A stretch of DNA of 37,771 nt from Craspedostauros australis (lineage: Eukaryota): contig JALAGF010003349.1 in NCBI GenBank assembly GCA_030167865.1, forward strand, positions 1 to 37,771, written 5' to 3'. This document shows positions 1-10,668 of this stretch, piece by piece; position 1 is the first letter of the stretch; every line of letters begins with the position of its first letter. The notes beneath the pieces are model-generated. The model was not told where the DNA came from and did no database searches. It saw only the letters and a list, made by a program, of their open reading frames with translations. A program made the translations under genes and the position numbers.

Positions 1-1
1 C

Positions 2-316
2 GCGTCATTCTTCTCGTTCGGAACAGCCATTGGAAGGTCGATGACCTCAACCAACTACAGCATTCCGGAGTCCGAGGCGACCACCCAAGGCAGCCATCCG
101 GAATCTTCCGATGAGCAACCCAACGAAGTGGAGAAATCCATTCAGGAGGTCCGAGCCAAGCACCAGGCAGAACAAGACCGCACGACTGTGCAAGAACAGT
201 CCAAGCGGATTGCCGAACTCGATCGAATCATTGCGGAGCTACAATCCCAAAAAGAAGGGGATCAGCGTCCGCACGTCCCTGCTTCAAGCACGAGCAGGGA
301 AGGATCCAAAGACTAG
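2..316 (+). CDS. C-terminal part of retrotransposon ORF1 (coiled-coil), 5'-partial
   Basis: Frame is open from base 2 to TAG at 314-316. Heptad-like segment QEQSKRIAELDRIIAELQSQK. Overlaps the start of ORF2 in another frame, as is usual for LINE ORF1/ORF2. Confidence 0.6.
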   Translation, partial: ASFFSFGTAIGRSMTSTNYSIPESEATTQGSHPESSDEQPNEVEKSIQEVRAKHQAEQDRTTVQEQSKRIAELDRIIAELQSQKEGDQRPHVPASSTSREGSKD

Positions 317-3300
317 CCAAGGGCTGGGAGTAAGGGAAGCACCAACACCCGCTCCTGCAAGCCCAATGGGTGCATCGGAGGAGGATTCGGGTCGCGATGA
401 GCGAAGCCTCCACGACCAAGAATGGGGAGACACCACCCTCAACAAGAGTACGTCCAGTATCAGGTTAGCTGCTCTGAATGTAGGGGGGCTCCCCGAGCTT
501 GGTCGACACTGGAAGAATAAGGATTTATGGCAGTGGCTCAAGCAGGAGAAGATCGATGTGGCCATGCTCTCAGAAATTGGGATCAACTGGTCGAAAGTAT
601 CGAACTCTGACTCCTGGAAAGAGCGCACGAAGAACTACATTCAGCAAGCACGCCATTCACTAGCATACAACCGACACGAGACCCTGGGCACTGCCAGACA
701 ATGGGGCGGGACAGGATGTCTAGCCATGGGCCACCCAGCTGGGAGATTTCGATCCAGGCAGGATGACCCCAAAGGACTTGGTAGGTGGACTAGCATGACG
801 CTGAACGGCAAGAGAGGCAACTCCATCAGAGTAGTAAGCGTCTACGTTCCGACGAGAGGGGGATCAGGCGCTGGCACAGTGTTCAACCAACAGGCATCAT
901 GGCTGGAAGCCAACGGGTACGACAAGACTCCAATACAACAGCTTCTCGTGGACCTTCAGGCAGCCATCGAAGGTTGGCGATCTGAAAACCAAACGGTGAT
1001 CATAGGCGGGGACATCAACATGCCCGTGGAAAAGTCCCAAATGGCAACCATGCTGCGACAACAAGGCCTCAAGGAGGCAATTCTGTCACGACACGCTGAC
1101 ACACCCAAGGCCGCGACGCACATCAGGTCGGAGTCAGACAGGGTGATCGACGGAATATGGGTGTCGGAGTCGATTCACGTCGTGCGAGCAGGCTACAGCA
1201 GCTTCGGCCGCTGGGACCACCGCACCGCATGGATCGACGTGGAAGCAGAAGACCTGTTCGGGACATCAAGCCAGCCGGCCAAGAAATTTGAAGGTCGTCG
1301 GCTACGGATGAACCTCCCACAGACAGTGGCCAAATACCAGTCGAACCTCCGCACGGCATACGCCAGTACAGGGCTCCCTCAAAGAGTGCATGAGCTATGG
1401 AAAACGGTCCAGCGACACAAGACTATCGGTTTGCAGGGCCAACGAGAAATGGAAGCCATCGACGACATCCGAGCGAACGCTATGCGAGCCGCAGAAAAGG
1501 GATCGAGGAAAGTGTTCATGGGGCGGGTCCCGTACTCGCCGCACATCAAGCAAACTGCCTTGCGAAAGAAATTCTGGGACTAGGCGTGGAAACGAAGAAG
1601 CGGGAAAAAGGTGAGCGCCCGGTACTATGATAGAACCAAACGACAAGCCGAGGTGAGCCAACCAACATCACACATGACAAACGACGACATCGACACGGCC
1701 AGGAAGGCAGCCCACAAGGAATGGCTCGAGGTGAAGAAGAGTGCGCTGCAACACCGACGAAGCTTCCTCGAAGAAAGAGCAGACGAACAGGCCCTCGCCG
1801 GCAACCAAAAGGCGGCGGCGGCTCTGGTGGCGATCATGAAGCGCGAAGAGACAGTCGAGACGTTCAAGGCGATCCGACAAGCTATCGGCAATGCAGACGC
1901 AGGCAAAGTCACCATGGTCATCGAGACGTCAGATGACGGGGAAGAAACCATCGCAGACGGGGAGGACGCAGTCATACAGGCGTGCATGAAGGCCAACGAA
2001 GGCAAGTACAGGCAGGCGTACGCGTCCCCACTGCAACGCACGCATCTGGAAGCCGCGGCAATGCAGTCCGGCGCCACAGGCGTCCTGCGGTCGTCTGACG
2101 ACCTCGACGAGCACTCACTTATGCTTCTCGAGCAGCTACAGCAATCTGGAGCAGCGCCTCCATGGCAGCCAGAGCAGCTGACACTGACGGTGGAGGATCA
2201 CCAACAGCAGTGGTCAAAGGCAAGGGAACGAACTGCCTCCGGCCCGTCCGGACTACACTTTGGTCTATGGAAGGCCAACGCCAAAGACGAGCTGCTGGCC
2301 AGCGTCGATGCGGCTATGCGCGAGATTTCGCTTCTCACGGGGTACAACCTCAAGCGGTGGCTGCGGTGCACCGACGTAACATTGCTCAAAGAGGCCGGGA
2401 ACTACCGCGTGCATCGCTTCCGTACCATAAGCCTGGTGGAAGGCGACTTCAATGCCAACCTCAAGTGGATCGGACGAGAAATGATGCGTCATGCGGAACG
2501 GCAATCTCTGCTACCGGAGGAACAATACGGCAGCAGGAAACAGAAGAGCGCCGCGGAGGTCAGCCTCAACAACCGCCTCACCGACGACATTATCCGACTC
2601 ACAGCATCCACCACCATGATCTGCTCCAACGACGCAAAGAGCTGCTATGACCGAATGGCCCATGTTCCTCTTCTGCTCAGCATGACAGCTTTGGGGGTTC
2701 CAACCCACCTCTCCGTGGGAGTGATACAGTCAGTGGAGTCCATGCAGCACCACGTTCTCACAGGTTACGGAGTGTCCTCCACAACATACCCGACCGGTGG
2801 CAGCAAACTACAAGGGCTCTTGCAAGGGCTGGGCATATCACCTGCAGGGTGGGTGGCCATGAGTTCTCCGCTGATGCAGGCAATGTCGGCGAAAGGCTTT
2901 GGTTTCAATACAATCAGTCCAGTGTCCCGCGAGAGGGTCAAGCTGGTTTGCTTCTCATTTGTTGACGATACGGACCTCATACACACCCTCCGAACGAACC
3001 CTGGCGACAAGATAGGGTGCATGAAAGAGATACAAGCCGTGGTCGACGCCTGGGAAGGCATGCTGCGAGCTACCGGAGGCGCGTTGGAGCCGTCCAAAAG
3101 CTATTGGTATCTGCTCTCCTTCAAGTGGTCCGAGAAGACATGGGAGTACGTGCCAACGGAGCAGTTTCCGGGATCCATCAGCATACGAAAGCCGGATCAG
3201 GAAACGCGAGCGACTCTCTCCAGGCTTGAAGTCCACCAGGCAAGAAAAGCGCTGGGGGTCATGGTACGACACGATGGAGTCCAGGCAAGCAACATTGACT

Positions 3301-5966
3301 ACTACATTCAGAAGTCGCAAGAGTGGGCCGATAAGATCGGGCGCAGCAGACTGCAGAGGCATCAGGCGTGGGTGGCACTTCAAGCAACCATTTGGAAAAC
3401 CATCGAGTACCCGTTAGCCAGCTCCACCTTCTCAAAGCTCGAAGCGGAGCTCATCATGCGGCCAGCACTAAGGGCAGCATTGCCGGCGGCAGGAGTGCAG
3501 CGCAATGTATCCAGGGATCTGGTTTACGGGCCAGCAGCGACAATGGGCATGGGAGTACCGCATCTTTACTACTCTCAAACCACGCGACACGTCGACATGA
3601 TTATACGGCACTGGGGCCAGCCCACTCTCACAGGGAAGCTGCTCCGCAACACAGTGGAACAAGTAGCGCTTCAGGTCGGTCTTCCCGAGTTCTACAACGA
3701 GGACTGGGACAAGTGGAAGCATATCACAACCAACACATGGATCCAAAGTGTGTGGCAGGAACTCCAGCACCTGGGCTTGACCTTGGCAATGGAAAACCCG
3801 GTGATCTCTCCCCCCCGGGAAGGCGACGAGCCTATCATGCGGCGCCTGAGCGAAATGGGGTTCGACGCGAGGAGTATGCAGGCCATCAATCAATGCCGAA
3901 TCGCCAAGAAAGTCTTCTGGATATCCGACATAGCACGCGTGGGGGGCCGGGAATTGCATCCCAGCGCAGAGGAGCCCGGTCCAATACCCATGCGATCTTC
4001 CAATATCGCATGGCCACCAGTCGGTCCGCCAGGCGCGGCGAAGTGGAGGATGTGGAAGAACGCAGTGTGGAAATGTTTTCCAGCGTCTCGCCCTGGGTTG
4101 CGCTACATACAGCCGGCGTTGGGTCGGTGGAAGTGCTTCTCGTCCTCAGTCCCGACTCTCCGAAAAGACAATCAGGCAGACAGGGTAGTGCACACCCACA
4201 GCAACATGGAGTACCGGCGGGCGCCGAGGCGCAGACGAGTCCAGGAATACGAACCGTCAGGGGTGGCGACCACGGTCGGCAATCAGCTGGCGGACGGCTA
4301 TATGCGCCGGGACAAACTGGTTCTCACGGCATCGGCCGATGGGGTGGCTTCGATGCGGCTTACACCGCCCGCGAATCTCCGAGACGCCGTGCAACAGATG
4401 GAAGCCGGTGAGAAGTGGGCAGTGCAGCACTGGGACGTCGTTGGCGAAGAAGATGTCTTCGCGACAGCTATCCGGGAGGGAACTGCGATAGCTTGCAGCG
4501 ACGGATCAGTAGCGTTCGGCAACGGGGCGTCTGGAGCAGTGATATCGGCATCTGACGGTCGACGATCAGCGAAGCTGTGGATCGCGGGACAGACTCCGGC
4601 CACCGACGGCGTGATGCAGTCCCATCGAGCTGAGCTCGCGGGGCTGTACAGCGTGCTGGTGATGCTCGATGCCATATGCCGGGTGCATGCAATACAAGCA
4701 GGCAGCGTCACGGTGGCGTGCGACAACACTGGCGCCTTGAATGCTATCGACCTCGACTGGTACTTGAACCCGGGGACTACGGACTCTGATCTCCAACGCG
4801 CAGTAAGAGCCCGATGCCAGGAGTTGAGCATCAAAATACGAGGGAGGCACGTCAAAGGCCACCAGGATGACGGAACTCCGTGGGATCGGTTGGATCGGTG
4901 GGCCAGGCTCAATGTGGAGGCTGACCATCTCGCCGGAGCGTGCCAGCGGCAAACCCAGCGGCAGCAGCCATATTCAGGCATTATCAAAGGGGAGAGAGTC
5001 GCACTGTTCCTCACGCACAAGGTCACGGCGGTGTCGTATGACTCAATAGCCGGCCAGCACATGCGGGAGGCAACAATGCGGGTTTTGACCAAACGAAAGG
5101 TGATTTCCAACACGGGGAGCGTCGACTGGGAGGCCTCTGGCCGAGCCATGAAGGCGTTGGACCGTAACAAACGAACGCTGACGTTCAAGTTGGTTACTGG
5201 CGAGGCAGCCGTCGGGCGAAGAATGCTGCAGTGGCAACATCGCAGCTCCTCCCAATGCCCAAGCTGTACGAGCGAGGAGACGACGGCACACTTCTGGACA
5301 TGCCAATCGCCGTCTCGAGCGACAATCGCCGACGGGCAGATGGTGAAGCTCCGTCAGTGGCTGTTGGCATACCCAACACACCCCACAATGGTACAGGTGA
5401 TGATGCAGCTGCTGCTTAGCCAGGCGCGAGGTACCCACTGCCTGATCCCGTTCAACGCGGGTGCCGAGCTAGCAGAGGCAGTGCGACAGCAGTCGTCCGC
5501 GGGCCCCCAGTCCTTGCGGCGAGGGATTCTGGTCACGCACTGGCGTCAGGCACAGTCAGCCTTTTTGCAGGCGAGCGGCTCCAAAAAGTCCCCCCTCAAG
5601 TGGGCGGCACAGGTGATTCGACGCATCTGGCTCATCGCTTGGCTACAGTGGGCTTCCAGGAACGACGACATGTTCAACAACGAAGATTCGGCGGAAGGTG
5701 TTATGGAGGTTGCAGTACGCGCCAGGACAGCCTCCCTTGAGGAGCAGCTCAGGCGTGCACCGGGCCAGCATGAACGCCAACTGTCTACCCGCCCTTCCGA
5801 CGACCTCCCGGTTGAAGCGCACCTGGTGTGGATAGAGCAAACTGCAGCTCGACTACGCACGGCGGTGGCCTCCGGGGCACTGCTCAAGTGGATCAAACTC
5901 CGGGCCAGAAGCAGCCGCAGGAAGTCGGCCGGTCGCCAACCCACTCCCACTACACAGAATACATGA
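111..5966 (+). pseudogene. Retrotransposon ORF2 (AP endonuclease - reverse transcriptase - RNase H - CCHC) interrupted by one in-frame TAG at 1581-1583
   Basis: ORFs 111..1583 and 1611..5966 share a frame. APE: LNVGGL, LSEIG, GLGRW, VSVYVP, GGDINM, IDGIW, DHR. RT: EQYGSRK, SNDAKSCYDR, LLQGLGISP, FVDDTDL (FVDD at 2958-2969). RNase H (~4490-4935): SDGS, SHRAELAG, CDN, HVKGHQD, NVEADHLA. Zinc knuckle CPSC-x7-H-x3-C at ~5256-5303. The true start may be ATG 111 or 367. Confidence 0.9.
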
Positions 5967-6078
5967 GAAACTCAACCCAACACTTCAGATTCCGTGCCCT
6001 CTGCCCGCGTAGCGGGCAGTTGAAAAGGGGCGGAGAAAAGCGCCGTCGGCGCAGTCGATTAAGAGACTAATCATTGAG

Positions 6079-6092
6079 TTATTTATTTATTT
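6079..6092 (+). repeat. (TATT)n 3' tail of the LINE
   Basis: ttatttatttattt immediately after the structured 3' UTR; simple-repeat tails are typical of LINE 3' ends. Confidence 0.65.
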
Positions 6093-6211
6093 GTTTGTTC
6101 CCTTATAATGGTATGATGCCAAATGAGCTACTAGGACAACTGCAGCTAAAGCATGTACTCTACGAGCTGAGCACGTGCATGGTGTGGCGGGCTCGTTCGT
6201 CATTGCACTCT

Positions 6212-9200
6212 CTAGCTTCCGTGCCTGGGCGAGATCCCGAAGGTCCGCGACGTGGAGTGTGATCTCCCGCCCATGCCGGCCCCGCCGCCACCGTCCATCA
6301 TGTTGCGGTACTGCCAATTCTCACGCGTCAGCTCCGTCTCATCCGACTCGTCGTGCCCAACGCGTCGATAGAACTGATCGCGAGACGACAAGACCGGCGA
6401 CCAGTCGTTGCCGCTGCTTCCGAAGGAGGAGTCGGTGGATCGGATGCTTGCTGATCGGATGGACTCCTGGACGAAGTACTGCGTCATCTCCAATTTCTCG
6501 GCGGAGGCGACGGTGGCGCATGGTGTGAAAGCCCAGACCTCCAGGTTGAGCACTTCGAATTGCTCACCGATATCTGTCTTCTTCGTCGTCTTGCTGTTGT
6601 TGTTGTCGGCCTTCGATCGCACGAGACTCGGGCTTTTGAATGCCAAGCAATAGCTCGTCGTTCCGCAGAGGAGATCCTCTTCCAATGCGATTGCGAAACC
6701 GGAGTACAGATCATCGTCGTCTTGATCGTCGTACGAGTAGCCATATCCGCTGTTGCCGATCTGCGATCTCGTGCTTTGTGCACCACCGTTGCTGCCGATC
6801 CCGATCATTCGAGAGTTGCAAAACTGGACCTGATCATCCAAGTATTGGACGTTGCCGAAGGAATCCTCTCTCTCCGACAAGAAGAAGAAGACGTCCAGCT
6901 CGCTCTCCATCTGCGCCTTGTCCAGCAACGAGTGGCACTTTGTGTCGCGGCCATGCCTCATCTTCCACACGAAGGACGGGTGGCCTGTATTCATCGTTTG
7001 GCACACAGCGTAGTATTGGTTGGTAAAGAGTCGGCAGGCAGTTAGGTTGGTGGTGGTATACCATGGAGTTGAAGAGGTAGTGGCGGAGAGAACAAGGAGT
7101 ACACATAGAAAGAAGGATAGATAGATAGACACAGAGAAGTAAAGCAAAGCAAATACAGTATTGTGCGAGAGAGAGAGATGATGATGATGAGCATGAGAAA
7201 GAAGAAGAAGAAGGAAGTGTGTCCTGTGTGTGAGATGGGATTCAATTGGTGGTATGGTCATATCCATATCCACATCCACATCCATATCCACATCCACATC
7301 GCACCATGTTCCCGCAGGGGCAGGAACACATGACGTGATGGCATGGAATGACATGCTCCAGCATTGTCAACTGTGATTATTTGCTGGAAAGATGGGCAAG
7401 ACAGATACAGTACCATAGTCAGAAAAAAAACTCACCTCCGTACATGCGGATGTCCTTCTTCCAGGCCGTGGATGTGAAGCAACCGAAGACGTCGCCTTTC
7501 GTCGTCTCGATGGCAAGGATCGTGTTGGGCGATGCCCGGGTGTAATGCAACAGCGTATCCATGGAGGCGCCGTCTCTGATGAGACTGTACTTGAGCCAGA
7601 AGTTCTGCTGACCGACAGAGAACTTCTCCGGCACAAAGTTGAGCAGGGAATCCATGAGCGGCGGGGACAAGACGTGTGGATGCGCGGCAACGTCATCAGC
7701 CGACGTCCCAAGGATGTTGAAGGCATGATGCTCCAGCCCAGCCACGTCGTCGTCATGATCGAATTCAGATGAAATATTGCTGGGTGTGTAGTCGTAGCCG
7801 TGATCTTTGGCGTATTCATCCTTGAGCACCATCCATGCATCAAAATTCTTGCGAATCTTTCGGCGGTTTTGGCTGGAATCGTTGTCGTTCTCGCTGTCCT
7901 GCTCGCGAATGGTGGCTGTGTGCGGGCCGCTATGCGCTGCGAGGTTATCAATAGCATCATGGGCATTGCCAACACCTTTGCCATGAGCATTGTCATCGCG
8001 CTCGTCTTCACCGTCGGCATCACCGTCGTCGAATTCGTCGTCGTCCATCGACCACGAGGAAGCGGAGGATGTAGAAGATTCGTCGCAGCCGCCGTCTCCT
8101 TCGTTCACAATTTGGTTGATTTTGCCGTCTTGTTCATGACTGATGATGCGCTGATCGGCATCGCCGTCATCATCACCATCAATGCCGTTGGTGTCATTGG
8201 TAGTGCTATCGGCTTTGTTCCCGTCGTCATCATGATGAGGCACATCGCCGCCGCCGTTGCTGTCACGGGTCGTGGAATGACGATGCTGGGGGCGAAGAAG
8301 CTCGCTGAGGAATGCGTCTTTGGCAATCTCATCTTCGCTGCCTGGGACGAGGCACCAGCTGATGCGCCGCACGGTCTTGCGCTTGTTTCTTCTCTTGTTG
8401 TGTGCCTTGTTGGTGGGCGCCGAGCTATCCGTGAGGTTAGACCGAATCGGCACGTACCGTTTGGGTTTCCTCTCCTTGCGCACTTCCTGATCCGATGGGA
8501 TGCTGTCCACGTCGCTGGCACACTCGTCGTTGTCGCCGTTCGGATTGCTGTTATCAACGTCATCGTTGATGGCACCGACGATCTTTGCGTCATGACCAGC
8601 GAAAGTGTTGGATCCGTTGTGCTGCGGATCGTCTCGCACGTCGACATGAACATCGGAGTTCGGTTCTACACTGTGCCCTGCGCGACTGTTCTGACACACG
8701 CCGCTGTTGCTGCTGTTGCTGTTGCTGTTGATGCTGGCATGGTCCGTGATGGGTTTGAGGATGCCCTTTTCAAATGCATGCCAGATTCCCACTAAGCCGC
8801 GATACTCCTGCGGAGGCTTGACTGTCGATGGCCGTTTGGCTTGATTGTTGTGCTGTGGAAATGAGTCAGCAGCTCCACTGTCGCGTTGCGCGATTGCTGA
8901 TCCATCCGGTCGTGCGCACTTGTTGGTCTCCAGCTCATCTCCTTTGTCGCTGGCGACCAGGTCCACCGTGGAGGGTGCTCTGGAAGAAGCCTTGCTGGTT
9001 GCAGCAGAGTCCTTGTGCTGCAGCAAGGGATTGGGGAACCTCTCGCTCCATGGGACCGTGAGGAGCATGGTTTGGTCCAGTACTTTGGATTGCGAACGAG
9101 ACTGATCATCATCGGTGGCGTAGCCTGAGTCCCCGGAAGCGATGCTGTTTCCATGGCTCACGATACTGGGGAGTCGCTTGCTATGCCTCAAAGAGCTGTT

Positions 9201-9599
9201 GTTTGTGTTTGTGCATGTGCTTTGGTTTGCTTGGACGTCGTCGAGACCACCGGAGGCGGAACCAACTGACGTTCCGTTCTGAGATGAGGCAGACGGTGGG
9301 GCCCTTGTGCCGCCAAAGAGAATGGCGTTGAGGAAAGAAGTCTCATGTTCAGATAGGGAGACCTTTCTGGGAGGCAGTACCATATTCCTGCTTGGTAATG
9401 CAGGCGACGTCTCTCCTGTCGACGGCATTTCTTCTGCTTGTTGTTGTTGATGTTGTTGCTGTTGTTGATGATGGTGGAGGTCAATGTCTGACATGGCCGT
9501 TGTTGCTGATGTAGCTGCCGTTGATGTTGCTCTGGCTGGTACCATCGTGAGAGGATTAGTCGCTGCGGCGGCACTCATCGCACTAGAGTATGAGTGCAA
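6212..9599 (-). CDS. TLDc-domain protein (OXR1/NCOA7-like) with a long low-complexity N-terminus; exons 9599-7436 and 6984-6212, ~978 aa
   Basis: TLDc motifs: HVLSPPLMDSL, FWLKYSLIRDGASMDTLL, ILAIETTKGDVFGCF, YG|GHPSFVW, IGIG, GFAIALEEDLLCGTTSYCLAFKSPSL, FEVLNLEVWAF. A phase-1 intron 7435-6985 (GTGAGT...TACAG) joins the two listed ORFs in frame. Confidence 0.88.
7261..7300. repeat. (ATCCAY)n hexamer microsatellite in the TLDc intron
   Basis: tatccatatccacatccacatccatatccacatccacatc. Confidence 0.8.
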
Positions 9600-9818
9600 G
9601 TGGCAGAGTGAGGGATTCTATGTATTGGTACACCTGATGGCAATGCAAGTACCAGTGTGTGGCCGTCTCTCTTGTTGTATCCCTCCTTGCGTGTGGCAGT
9701 TGAGGATGGTACGAGAATGTCGCGATGCGTCTGCGCGTTTTGTTTATCTGCAGTTGAGTAGGTAGGTATGCTGTTTTCGTTTTCGTGTTTTGTGGGCCTT
9801 GTTGGAAGTGTTGGGGAG

Positions 9819-9853
9819 ATGTTGTTGTTGTTGCTGTTGTTGTTGTTGTTGAT
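9819..9853. repeat. (TTG)n microsatellite upstream of the TLDc gene
   Basis: Imperfect run gttgttgttgttgctgttgttgttgttgttgat. Confidence 0.8.
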
Positions 9854-10668
9854 GATGGCAAGTTGCCGCTCGATGAGGACGCTTTGCAAGAACAGAAGCA
9901 GAGAGGCAGAGGCAGGATGGTGGTCTCTTATCTCGCCCGCATCCACGCCTCCTTGTTGGTGCATCTCCCTCCCTCACTCACTCTCACTCTCTCGCTCTTC
10001 CTTGACATCACAAACTCAAAGAGAAGAGAGAAGTGTCGCCATGTCCCACGCAAACAGATGAAGATCATCACCGTGTGAAGTGACGCGACTGAGATTCTGC
10101 ATTCTGGTCTGGAATGAACGCGAACACCTTCTGCAGTGTTCGCGTTCCAGATTGTCAAAGAACACAACGAATCAATCCGTGTTGATCGTATCAAACGTAT
10201 CCAGTCACGACATAGTTTGAGTCGTGTCAATGTCGTTGCAGTTATTCGAAGCGAGTATAGCAATGGTACATATACAGACCTTCCGAAATAATCAGAACGC
10301 ATCAATCAACCCAAAAATCAACGCGTCACACCAACAAGTTGTCAAGGCTGTCAAGAGAGAGTGCGTGCGAGAGAGAAGGAACAAAGAAAGATCGCCCATC
10401 AAACACCTCACCATTTTGGCTTCCGCACATCATCACATCCCAGACGAGTGTGAGTGATGCAGAGAGAAATCCAAAGGGGGAGATCGACAGGACACATTAT
10501 ACCAATACGAACAAGCAAGCAACCAGAAGAGAGTACGAGTACTGCACCAGACTGCTAATATAATTCAAGTTTTCGACTCTGCACCTTTCACAAAGTATCG
10601 CATCTGCAACAGCCGAAGGCATCCAACTCCATCAGACGGCATCATACAATAGCAAGTCGCCAACCACC

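Larger units (their letters stand above)
1..6092 (+). mobile_element. Non-LTR (LINE) retrotransposon, Ambal-like diatom clade; 5' end outside the window
   Basis: ORF1 tail, then ORF2 with APE, RT, RNase H and CCHC motifs, a ~110-nt 3' UTR and a short (TATT)n tail at ~6079-6092. No introns and no LTR. The APE-RT-RNH order with an FVDD RT motif matches what I recall of diatom Ambal elements; the clade call is inferred, not searched. Confidence 0.9.

Noticed and set aside
4298-5188. 296-aa minus-strand ORF inside the LINE
   Set aside because: Antisense shadow of the RNase H region; no recognisable domain.
6985-7354. Hydrophobic N-terminus of the listed 380-aa ORF
   Set aside because: Intron sequence with microsatellites; TLDc motif continuity supports the splice.
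7800-8795. 331-aa hydrophobic plus-strand ORF resembling a membrane protein
   Set aside because: Antisense of the Asp/Asn-rich TLDc N-terminus (GAC/GAT/AAC read as Val/Ile).
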